NCBI RefSeq assembly: GCF_006345805.1
Contig: NW_021836062.1
Coordinates: 1-26,887, forward strand
Reading direction: 5' to 3'
DNA from: Octopus sinensis
Taxonomy: Eukaryota
Length of the DNA stretch: 26,887 nt
The notes beneath the pieces were generated by a model that worked only from the letters and a program-made list of their open reading frames with translations, did not search any database and had not been told where the DNA came from. The position numbers and the translations under genes are program-made. Within the stretch, counting starts at the first letter, position 1. Every line of letters begins with the position of its first letter. Of this stretch, positions 1 through 9,980 are shown in pieces.

Positions 1-74
1 CAGCCACTTGCACGTTAATTTTCCGAGCAGGCTGCTCCGATGATCGGATCAGCTGTACACTCGTCATCGCAACC
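1..74 (+). mobile_element. 3' fragment of tRNA-derived SINE (same family as 5755-6061)
   Basis: CAGCCACTTGCACGTTAATTTTCCGAGCAGGCTGCTCCGATGATCGGATC matches the reverse complement of the 3' part of the copy at 5755-5830. Confidence 0.7.
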
Positions 75-116
75 TATATAGATATAGATATACATATACA
101 TATATATATATATATA

Positions 117-230
117 TGGAGCTTTTAGGTGTTTCGCTCAATAGACACTCACAACGCTCGGTCTGGGAATCGAAACGCGATCGTACGACCGCGAGTCCGC
201 TGCCCTAACCACTGGGCCATTGCGCCTCCA
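117..230 (-). mobile_element. 5' fragment of tRNA-derived SINE (same family as 22761-23045)
   Basis: Minus strand GGAGGCGCAATGGCCCAGTGGTTAGGGCAGCGGACTCGCGG...GTTTCGATTCC has A- and B-box-like motifs and aligns with 22935-23045. Confidence 0.8.
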
Positions 231-370
<140 letters not shown>

Positions 371-398
371 CTTTATTTAAAGCAGCAGAAAATTCAAC

Positions 399-445
399 AA
401 AATCTGTTACTCTGAGTTTCTCGTTGCCGTTCATCAGACAGTTTT
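399..445 (-). ncRNA. Type I minimal hammerhead ribozyme (PLE type)
   Basis: CUGU-CUGAUGA-A-CG(GCAA)CG-A-GAAA-CUCAGAG-UA-ACAG. Intact core, stem I CUGU/ACAG extendable by AAAA/UUUU, predicted GUA cleavage between 408 and 407. Confidence 0.8.
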
Positions 446-1456
446 TGCTAGAATGGAACATATATATTAATTCAATCTATACTCTTACAAACGCTACACC
501 TTTAAAAAGAAATGGACTTGTTGATTGGCCCTTTAGAACAAAACGGTCAATCTTCGAGCGATAAACAAAAAGGTCAAAAATATATGTATATATAATATAA
601 AAAAAACTTATAAAATATAAAAATTATAAAATCCGAGGAAAAAACCGAGGAAAAACCTATTGCCGTTATGAAGAACAGTACAAATTAATGCATAGAAATT
701 AAACCTGTTATAAATACTGCAATACATATTTATAAAATCACATATATATTCAACATACACAAAAGGATGCGCGTAAACGCCATACATAACATATACAGAC
801 GTAATGAATATGAATATAAATTATACACATAAAAGCATGTGTACATATATTCACGCAAACCGTCTCGCACGCAAGCTAAAATTATCTATGTAGCAATTCT
901 CATATACTGAGCAAGGAGGGGGAACGAAAGAAAGGGAAGAGAGAAAAAGGACGAAAGAGGGGGGGAAAACTGTAGCGATGTTATTGGCATCTATAGAGGC
1001 CAGTATACATACACAAGTTTGAATTGATACATATAATACCGTCGTGTGTATGCGTGCTTAAGCACAAGCATACTTCACTTACACATACACAGATACGCAT
1101 GCTTACAAATACATATGCTTTGCTATACACAAACTATATAAACATTCAAATTTGACAACATTGCTTTTTTTAAAAAACATTGCTTTTAAAAAATGGGTGC
1201 ATTAATAAAAATATATACGAAAGACATATAAAATAAATATAACATCCTATTTGGGTCATTTATAAATAATCAAGTAATATAAATAATCAAGGTAATCATA
1301 TGCAATACAATAACATGAAAACAAAGTTTGTAGGTTTTTCCTAATATATATGTAGAAACAATAAGACTTTGCTATAGATCCGTCGTAGCGCTTAAGAGTC
1401 AAAATCAAAATCAAAAATCAAAATACAAAATATATACTCTATCCATATGGTATATT

Positions 1457-1950
1457 TTATTTCGACATTTTAAATTTAGCCGCGTGCCTACATAAGTTCA
1501 TTAACTCACTTCTTTGATTCAAAGAATTATTGTCTTTGAATAATATGGGCATTTTTTCTAATAAGCAAAGCTTGCACTTGAAATTATATTTGTAAGCTCC
1601 ATGCCTGTATGGTGCCGCCCTGTCCAGAATGCTCCATGTCACGTTGAAAGGTGGGGCTTCCTTTTCTTTAGTTCCCAGACATATTTTGCTAGGCTGGTTT
1701 CTTCCTATTCTCTGGGTATTTAAAAGAATTCTTATGAGAATAAAATCTTGTTTTAAATGAATTTCTGAAGCCCCTGTGTATGTCTTGTATTCCGATGAGC
1801 CTTCCACTTGCAACCTTGCGCTCTATAAACCACTCCTTTCACTAGACATTTCCCTTCTAACGGACAGGAGCTTTCGTTTTTGCAATTACATTTCTTAATG
1901 GGCTCGGCACCATGTCTAATCTCAATTAGCTTCCTATTATGTTGGCTAAT
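1457..1950 (-). pseudogene. PLE Cys-rich linker + GIY-YIG endonuclease (frameshifted)
   Basis: ORF 1457..1813 plus upstream frames give the VVY...YTG GIY-YIG-type motif and the C-terminal CxLCxxEK...LNxRxE motif typical of PLE endonucleases. Confidence 0.85.
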
Positions 1951-1951
1951 G

Positions 1952-3725
1952 CTGCACGAAGACTAGGACCAGGAAAGTTTTGTGGTTCAACCCGGCTTTC
2001 AATTTGGCCGAAAGACTAATATAGGTAAGGAATTTTTGAGATTAGTCTCTAAGCATTTTAAGCAGGGTCATAAATTTACAGAATATTTAATAGAAGAACC
2101 CTGAAGGTTAGCTATTCTTGGTGCAGAAATTTCGCCTCTTACATTAGCCAACATATAGGAAGCTAATTGGATTAGACATGGTGCCGAGCCATTAAGAATG
2201 TAATTGCAAAAACGAAAGCCTGTCCGTTAGAAGAATGGAAATGTCTAGTGAAAGGAGGTTTATAGAGCCAAGGTGCAAGTGGAAGGCTCATCGGAATACA
2301 AGACATACACAGGGGCTTCACAGAAAATTCATTTAAAACAAGATTTTATTTCTCATAAGAATTCTTTTTAAATACCCAGAGAATAGGAAGAAAACCAGCC
2401 TAGCAAAATATGTCTGGGAACTAAAAGAAAAGGAAGCCCCACCTTTCAACGTGACATGGAGCATTTGGACAGGGCGGCACGGCACCATACAGGCATGGAG
2501 CTTACAAATATAATTTCAAGTGCAAGCTTTGCCTATTAGAAAAATGCACATATTTTCAAAGACAATAATTCTTTGAATCAAAGAAGTGAGTTAATGAACT
2601 TATGTAGGCACGCGGCTAATTTAAAATGTCGATATAAATATACCATATGGATAGAGTATATATTTGTATTTTGATTTTGATTTTGATTTTGACTCTTAAG
2701 CGCTACGACGGATCTATAGCAAAGTCTTATTGTTTCTACATATATATTAGGAAAAACCTACAAACTTTGTTTCATGTTATTGTATTGCATAGGATTACCT
2801 TGATTATTTATATTACCTTGATTATTTATAAATGACCCAAAATAGGATGTTATATTTTATTTATATGTCTTTCGTATATATTTATTAATGCACCCCCATT
2901 TTTAAAAGCAATGTTTTTTTAAAAAAAGCAATGTTGTCAAATTTAGAATGTTTATATAAGTTGGTTATAGCAAAGCATATGTATTTGTAAGCATGCGTAT
3001 CTGTGTATGTGTAAGTGAAAGTATGCTTGTGCTTAAGCACGCATACACACGACGGTATGTATATGTATCAATTCAAACTTGTGTATGTATACTGGCCTCT
3101 ATAGATGCCAATAACATCGCTACAAGTTTCCTCCCCCTCTTTCGTTCCTTTTTCTCTCTTTCCCTTTCTTTCGTTCCCCCTCCTTGCTCAGTATATGAGA
3201 ATTGCTACATAGATGAATTTTAGCTTGCGTGCGAGACGGTTTGCGTGAATATATGTACACATGCTTTAGGTGTATAATTTATATTCATATTCATACGTCT
3301 GTATATGTATGTATGGCGTTTACGCGCATCCTTTTGTGTATGTTGATATATATGTGGATTTTAATATAAATATGTATTGCAGTATTTATAACAGGTTTAA
3401 TTTCTATGCATTATTGTACTGTCTTCATTAACGGCAATAGGTTTTTTCCGGTTTTTTCCTCGGATTTTATAATTTTTATAATTTTTATAAGTTTTTTTAT
3501 ATATATATATACATATATTTTGACCTTTTTGTTTATCGCTCGAAGATTGACCGTTTTTTCTAAAGGGCCAATCAAACAAGTCCATTTCTTTTAAAGGTGT
3601 AGCGTTTGTAAGAGTATAGATTGAATTAATATATATGTTCCATTCTAGCAAAAACTGTCTGATGAACGGCAACGAGAAACTCAGAGTAACAGATTTTGTT
3701 GAATTTTCTGCTGCTTAAAATAAAG
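1952..3725 (+). mobile_element. 5'-truncated Penelope-like element (RT C-terminus, linker, GIY-YIG, 3' UTR/pLTR with HHR)
   Basis: Frameshifted translation RKVLWFNPAFNLA-KTNIGKEFLRLVSKHFKQGHKF-RIFNRRTLKVSYS (PLE RT C-terminal region) runs into the endonuclease; stop at 2635-2637. Terminal HHR at 3651-3697. Confidence 0.88.
3651..3697 (+). ncRNA. Type I minimal hammerhead ribozyme (PLE type)
   Basis: Core CTGATGA 3659-3665, GAAA 3676-3679, stem III ACT(CAG)AGT, GTA 3686-3688, stem I CTGT 3655-3658 / ACAG 3689-3692. Confidence 0.8.
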
Positions 3726-3792
3726 CATATTACTCTACACTGGTATTTGAGTACTCTTTTTTCCACTTGTTTCACATTTATGTGTTTACTCT

Positions 3793-3794
<2 letters not shown>

Positions 3795-3838
<44 letters not shown>

Positions 3839-3852
3839 TATATATATATATA
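3795..3852. repeat. (TA)n microsatellite
   Basis: Direct reading; lies between the 3' ends of the two PLEs. Confidence 0.95.
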
Positions 3853-3965
3853 AGCAAGGAAAAATTGTAAAAATGCAGAATGCTAAATTAAAAGGAAAAT
3901 TTTAATGAAAATGGGTGTATGGAAAAAGTTTTTGAAAAATTGATAAAAATATATAAATATATATT

Positions 3966-4007
3966 AATTCAAACCGGTTTTCGTCATAATGTGACTCTTT
4001 AAGAATT
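3966..4007 (-). ncRNA. Degenerate hammerhead ribozyme
   Basis: AATTC-TTAAAGA-GTCA(CATTA)TGAC-GAAA-ACCGGT-TT-GAATT. Stems I and II pair perfectly and stem III is palindromic, but the core has two substitutions relative to CTGAAGA. Confidence 0.6.
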
Positions 4008-5510
4008 GTAAAGGAAAAATTTTCTTAAAAGTGAGAAAGGGGAAAAAAGTAAATTGCATTGTTTTTTGCAAAAAAATAATGATAAATATGTACAAAAATT
4101 TTTAAATAAGTACTCCGATACATTGTGAAGTCTTTGTGTATCTTGAGTTTAATGATTGTTCACGAAAAAATTACCTTGAAGTATTAGAATCCAATGGGAT
4201 TAAAGCCATGTGTTGTTTAGTTTAATTAAGGGTGTTGGCAAAACAGGAAGTAATAGTAATTGTAGTTCTTCAGTTCCTGTGTTGTTAATAAGGGGAGACA
4301 ACTCTATGGGTTTTGAGCTCTTCAGTTTGTGTTTATCAATTTTTTGGGATAAAGGGTGTTAATAAACCTTAAATTATAAAATTATCATTTTAGCTTCATT
4401 TGCATTATCTTTTTTATATAATTGTTTGCTAACTTAACATTCAGATTTTAACACTTTATTTACATTATTTTCTAATTATATAAATTTGCATAAACCAATT
4501 TATAATTACATTTCAGATTGTTATGTCATATATAATAAAAATGATAGTAATAATACAACAATAATATTAATGATATTAAAGAAAATAAGTTTCAGCTTGA
4601 AGTGATGAATGCATGGTATCCTTATATATTTGTGTAGTCCATGCATGAAGAATGAGGTAGAAAAAGGAAGTATGATCAACGAGGAGTTTGCATATTAAGT
4701 TGCGTTTTGAATTTTTCAATAAAGAGATTCTCCTCTTGTTAATTCTCTCCTGTGTGGTGATCCCGTCTTTACATTGGTAGAAGGGGAATATGTAGAATTT
4801 GGGATTTATGTCTTTAGCACATGAGTCTATGTGGTCACTCAGTGGAATTTGTCGGTATTCCGGAGATTTATTTGTTCTTTATGCACCGCTACTCGTTTAC
4901 GTACGGGAGACTCGTTTGTCCAACATAATTATGTTGGCACCAGCGCATGTGAGAACGTAGATAAGGTTCTCGGAGGAACAGGAGAAGTTAGTCTTGATTT
5001 TAAACTTCGTTCCTTGTTTGAAGATAAATTCAGAGCCTTCAAGTAGGAAGGGGCATTTGCCACAGTTTGAGCGTGCACATTTTTTTAACTGCTGGGGGTG
5101 GATGTGGTGTGTGAAGTTTGGCATTTGTCAAGAGTTTTTTTAAAGATTTGTGTTGCCTTTTACATTTGAGGATTTTGTGTGTATTTATAATGTTTTTCAT
5201 TTTTGGGTCTGTTGACAGTAGACTGAGGTTTTGTATGATTGTGGTGTATGCTTCGATATTTTTGGGGTTGTGGGTGGAAATGTATGGAAGTATTTTGGGG
5301 TTGTGTGTGGTGTTAGGTTGGGTGGTTTTCAGTGTAATGTTGTCTAGTTCTTTGGCGCGTTTTATTCCATACTCTATAAGGGTGGAGGGATATTGGCGTT
5401 GTAATAGTGTTTTTTTGAGGTCTTGAAGGCGTATTTCTCGTGTTTTTGGATCCGAGACAATGGTGCATACCCTGAATATTCTTCGTATTCAGAATTAATA
5501 CGAAGAATAT
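3966..5510 (-). mobile_element. 5'-truncated Penelope-like element, Neptune-like
   Basis: Minus-strand frames: RVCTIVSDPKTREIRLQDLKKTLLQRQYP...LPYISTHNPKN...KRQHKSLKKLLTNA (RT C-terminus), CARSNCGKC linker, then NLIYVLTCAG(C)QHNYVGQTS..RKRVAVH (GIY-YIG). Decayed HHR at the 3' end. Confidence 0.85.
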
Positions 5511-5754
5511 AAGTACAAGGTATTCTTTAACATTTTTGATATTAAATTTTAAGCGTAAATTTCATGAAATGGTTGCCGTACAAAACATAGAACACATCAA
5601 AAAAATCTTAAGGTTAATGAAATCCCCCAGAATTCGATAGGATAGGTCCATATCCTGTTGAAGAGCCTGGTTTCTTGGGGGATGGGCTTCAGTTATATAT
5701 TGGTGCAGATAAATGTCTTATAAAAGTGATAAATCAACTTAATGGAAACCGGCA

Positions 5755-6061
5755 ATCCGTCGGTTACGACGACGAGGGTTCCATTTAATCCGATCAACAG
5801 AACAGCCTGCTCGTGAAATACTATGCAAATTGCTGAGCACTCCACAGACACACGGGCCCTTAATGCAGTTCTCGGAGGGATTCAGCGTGATAATGTGTGA
5901 TAATGCCGGCCTTGTGAATTACACAGGTACATCTCATTTTTGCCAGCTGGAGCAACGTGAAATAAAGTGTCTTGATCAAGGACACAACGCGCCACCAGGA
6001 ATTGATCTCATGACCTTACGATCGTAAACTGAATACCCTAACCACAAAACCATGCGTCTTC
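5755..6061 (-). mobile_element. tRNA-derived SINE with CORE-like central motif
   Basis: Minus strand head GCATGGTTTTGTGGTTAGGG...GAGATCAATTCC followed by GTGTCCTTGATCAAGACACTTTATTTC, resembling the CORE domain motif. Confidence 0.7.
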
Positions 6062-6999
6062 ATTGAAAAATTAGCATAATCGCTTCAGCGTCGGACAAAA
6101 TTCCTAATTGGATTGGTTCCGGCTCTTTGTCTTCTTACTGCCGAATTCGACTTTGCCTGTTATTCTTCTGGAATTCTATAAAAACAAAGCACCAATCTTA
6201 GATGGTAGAGAGACGGAATCGCAAGGGGAGCAGACAAAATGCTTTATCGTATTCCTTGATTCTATATCCAAATCTCTATTCCTGCCTCACTGTGAGAAGC
6301 TAGTTACTTCCCTTTGTATTAACAACCATCCAGAGGGGGCGCCACGCGTGCTTCTGATATTTCTTCTGGTTCGTGTTCTATGGACCCAAGCAGGTGTAAC
6401 CAGTCTCCTGTATCTAACCGACAAGACGGTGCCTTCTAATAAAACAGCCAAAGGAAACCAACAAGAACCGTGGCAGGTCTATGCCAAAGCACATAGGATT
6501 GGCCAAAAAAAGGTGCAAGAGGTAACACGCAGGAGTGGGATTCCACCGATGTCGAAGATTTATTTGCAGACATTGCAACCATGGGAGCTTTACGAATCAG
6601 ATACAGTCTTGGTACAGAATTCAGATGGCACAAACATGCAGCAGCATTGATACGAATCTTATAGACTTAAAACTTATCGAGGCGTACTTGTGTGTATACG
6701 TGTAGAAATGATACAAAACAAACATATATAATACAAGCAAACATTTGCTCTACCAAGGCTACTAACAATAGTTCTGTTGCTAGATGCCATTTTGTTATCC
6801 ATAAAAATATTCTAACAGCTATTTACTAACATTCTTCTTTTCCGCCATTGCAATAACGCCAACAAAACAAAGCTGTCAGATGCAGTGTGTTAGAAGTGGC
6901 TTCTGCTCAGCGATCTTACGTAGCTTCTTTGTTGATTTGATGAAGTTTTAAGAAAAAGAAAATGTTGTTATAGTAATTCAGATTTCTTATTTATCATTA

Positions 7000-7545
7000 A
7001 CACATATCGTGCTGCCTGCAAATATATATATATACACACAAATAAACACATATATTTGTGTGGGTGTATGTATCTGAGTGTCTGTGTGTCTCTGTGTCGA
7101 TGTGTGTTTGTGTGTGTGCGTCTGTGTGTGTCTGTGTGTGTCCGTCTGTATGCATGTCTATGTATACGCAGATGTATATACATATATATACACACACATA
7201 TATATATATAAATATATATAAAAATACATGTATTGAAAAGATAAAGGAAAATGAAGAATATAAACTAAAGAGAGACCCTGAACCATTAATAAATTCATAC
7301 AGATTAAATAGATATAGACTTGCACATGTGTATGTAGTGTGTGTATGTATATATACATGTAGTGTATGTATATATATATACATACATGCATACATACATA
7401 TATACATACACACACACACACACACACATACATATTATGTATGTATGTATGTATGTATGTATGTATGTATGTATGTATGTATGTATATATGTATGTATAT
7501 ATGTATGTATGCATGTATGTATATATATATACACATATATATAGT
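7000..7545. repeat. Compound (TG)/(TA)/(CA)/(TATG)n low-complexity tract
   Basis: Direct reading. Confidence 0.95.
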
Positions 7546-7830
7546 AAATGCAAAAGAAGAAGAAGAACAAACAAAAGACACAACAGCGCGAGGACGTGGT
7601 ACATGAAAAGTATTAGCAGACACTCAGGGGAGGAAAGAAAGATGGTTTAACGTTTCGAGCAGACGCTCTTCTTCAGAAACAGTGGAAAGTCCAGTAGAAA
7701 GGAAGTCCAGTAGAAAGTAGAAAGGAAAATCGCCATCGATTCACACGTGGTTGCATTTTGAAATGACCAGAAGGGAATGGTTGAAGAAAAAGTTCTTCCT
7801 AAGATAGGAGAGTGTAAGAGAAGGGTGTAT
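7545..7830 (-). mobile_element. Non-coding PLE pLTR-like element carrying an HHR
   Basis: Contains the HHR at 7645-7680; its layout (A-rich run, then GTATTAG..CTC.GG.AAG..TTTA.CGTTTCGAGC) resembles 24325-24520. Boundaries are approximate. Confidence 0.55.
7645..7680 (-). ncRNA. Type I minimal hammerhead ribozyme
   Basis: GUUU-CUGAAGA-A-GAGC(GUCU)GCUC-GAAA-CG-UU-AAAC. Intact core, 4-bp stems I and II, loopless palindromic stem III (ACGU), GUU cleavage triplet. Confidence 0.78.
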
Positions 7831-8109
7831 GTGCGGGGGAGGTGGGTATGTGCGTGCCCGCAAGTCTGTGTGTGTGTGTGTAATAGCACGTGAGTGTCCG
7901 TATGTGTGTGTATGTGTTGTGTGTATTGTGTATGTGTGGTTTGGGCTGTTTATCTGTATATGTGTGAGCAAACTTTGTGTCTCTTAATGTTGTAGGAAGA
8001 ATTCAGCAACATGGTAACAGGAGTGGTGGTCGTTTGTGAAGTTGTGTGTTTCTGCACATGTTCGTAGAGGAATGGTCAGTAGAAAGGTATTTGACTGGTA
8101 GTTTGAAGT

Positions 8110-8142
8110 ATGTGTGTGCGTGTGTATATCTGTCTGTGCGTG

Positions 8143-8177
<35 letters not shown>

Positions 8178-8415
8178 CATATATATATATATGCGTGTAT
8201 ATTTATGTATGGATGTGTATGTACGTATACATATACACACACACTCATATACATGTATACGTATTTATATACGTATATATGTATATATATATATATATAT
8301 ATGTGAATATATATGTATGTATATAGGTATAGATATATATATGTGTGTGTGTGTGTGTTGTGTATAATATAAATGCATGTATGTATATTATATTTATATA
8401 TGTAATATATATATG

Positions 8416-8466
<51 letters not shown>

Positions 8467-8504
8467 GTGTATATATATATATATACATGTATATATATAT
8501 ATAT

Positions 8505-8561
<57 letters not shown>

Positions 8562-8585
8562 GAAATATATATTTATTTAAATATA

Positions 8586-8618
<33 letters not shown>
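8110..8618. repeat. (TA)n/(TG)n-rich low-complexity tract
   Basis: Direct reading. Confidence 0.95.
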
Positions 8619-8622
<4 letters not shown>

Positions 8623-8781
8623 GGATGAAAGAATTCTCCTTTGTTTACCGTTAACATAGAAAATTCAATAAACTGTTACCAGGGTAGCAAAATTCACGCA
8701 AGTAACACGGATGAAGCGACCTATTCAAAGGTAGAAACTCCGGGTTAATGTGCAGTAATTTGTGTAGTATAAGTAAATAAA

Positions 8782-9020
8782 TGGAGTTGAACGCCGATGT
8801 TATTAAAATTTAAATAACATCTGCGTTGAACTCCAGCACGGATTTTTGTCAGTGAACAGGTCGCGGTCTTAAAGCGACGAAAATATTTTGACAAATTAAA
8901 CTTAAATGTTGAAGTGAATCGAACGGCTTGTGTGTGTTTCTTAAATGGCTTACAAACACCTTCCACGCTGCAATTGTTTTCGTTTCAGCACGCGATCTCA
9001 GATCAAATCACTTGCTATGC
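8782..9020. repeat. Probable interspersed repeat fragment ending in a 23-bp imperfect hairpin
   Basis: Hairpin 8782-8835 is read directly. I recall the adjacent sequence as a common octopus repeat but cannot verify it. Confidence 0.35.
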
Positions 9021-9025
9021 AGGTA

Positions 9026-9096
<71 letters not shown>

Positions 9097-9104
<8 letters not shown>

Positions 9105-9157
9105 ATATTTCGGAATGACTAAACTGGCAATATGACCATTCCGAAATATAACAATAT
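9097..9157. repeat. 21-bp perfect inverted repeat with 19-bp spacer (mini-MITE or fold-back)
   Basis: ATATTGTTATATTTCGGAATG (9097-9117) / CATTCCGAAATATAACAATAT (9137-9157). Confidence 0.85.
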
Positions 9158-9214
9158 CTGTTTCAACACACGACTTCACATAAAAAATCTTGCACAACAA
9201 ATATTTAAACGTAC

Positions 9215-9245
<31 letters not shown>

Positions 9246-9249
9246 ACTG

Positions 9250-9980
9250 ATGTGCCAGTCTTTGGGGTGATTTCCTTCAGTTGTTCGGGTTTTAAACCAT
9301 TTCTTATGCTGGAAATGAACCGATCTATCCGGAAAGAAGTGACAACCGACCTCGTTAGGGAATGAGGTCGCGTACCATCCATGGACCAGTCCTAGTACTT
9401 GGTTGTCTTCAGCCAGTGAGAAATGTTAAGTATGTGACACCCAGTCCACCCACCGTACTGTAACTTCAGCCACGACGATTATTTTCGCGCTCTTCGAACG
9501 TAGGACACGTCTGATCGGAGTGATATTGCTGCCGCCACCTCGGGGAAGACGAGTTTGTTTTGCTGGTCATCTTGAACCTCAGAGTCTGAGGCTCAATGCT
9601 AAACTGAAAACGGATATCCTCTGTCATATCCTTCGTATTAAGAGACTTGTCACTTTCCGGTAGTAATTTCATATCTTTTGGTGGTAAGGGCTACTGTTTG
9701 TTTGCATTAAATCGCTGCAAGTCCGTCCATTTATCGTCATATGAAAGGACTTTGTCCTGCCTATATTTGTAACACTTCCAGCCAGAATATAGCAACTCTA
9801 AAATGCTTACAAAGGTCCTCTTCTTTGCCCCGTAATTTAAGGCTATTTGGGAGCGGCAAGACATCGACGGCAGTACACATGGGGAAAGGACAATTTTCCC
9901 CTGGTCAGTACTCTAGCGTTCCTTCCAGGAAAGTGGACACTCGGCTGCTTGGTCCCATTTTATCCTTTGTTCCCAATTAA
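9250..9980 (-). pseudogene. HERO-like (R2 superfamily) non-LTR retrotransposon 3' fragment with restriction-like endonuclease
   Basis: Frameshifted minus-strand pieces in the expected order: IKWDQAAECPLSWKE, DVLPLPNSLKLRGKEEDLC, YRQDKVL, KLVFPEVAAAISLRSDV, SKSAKIIVVAEVTVRW, GWYATSFPNEVGCHFFP. These match the family pattern DxLPxPxNLxxWG / RHDxVL / LVFP..TxLRPD..ELTVPWE / GW..PVEVGCRGF. Confidence 0.72.

Larger units (their letters stand above)
371..1951 (-). mobile_element. Penelope-like element, inverted left arm (GIY-YIG endonuclease remnant + 3' UTR/pLTR with HHR)
   Basis: Reverse complement of 2142-3725. Encodes CNCKNESSCPLEGKC-LVKGVVYRAKV..EYKTYTGAS...CKLCLLEK...LNQRSELMNLCRH. Confidence 0.88.

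Noticed and set aside
4290-4330. Minus-strand CTGAAGAGCTCAAAAC hammerhead-like string
   Set aside because: GAAA is replaced by AAAA and there is no convincing stem I or III.
6328-6345. CCAGAGGGGGCGCC, CTCF-like motif
   Set aside because: Only the right half matches; a single partial motif is not evidence of binding.
7985-8110. Possible GIY-YIG remnant upstream of the 7645 HHR ([14 protein letters not shown])
   Set aside because: Similarity is too weak without a profile search.
6968-8580. Many Y/I/H/T/C/V-rich ORFs (also 220-564, 12182-15707, 23106-23429, 25143-25884)
   Set aside because: They are translations of dinucleotide and tetranucleotide microsatellites.
8645-8690. Minus-strand GGTAACAGTTTATTGAATTTTCT resembling the PLE terminus
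   Set aside because: Only ~23 nt of similarity with no upstream HHR core; too short to call.
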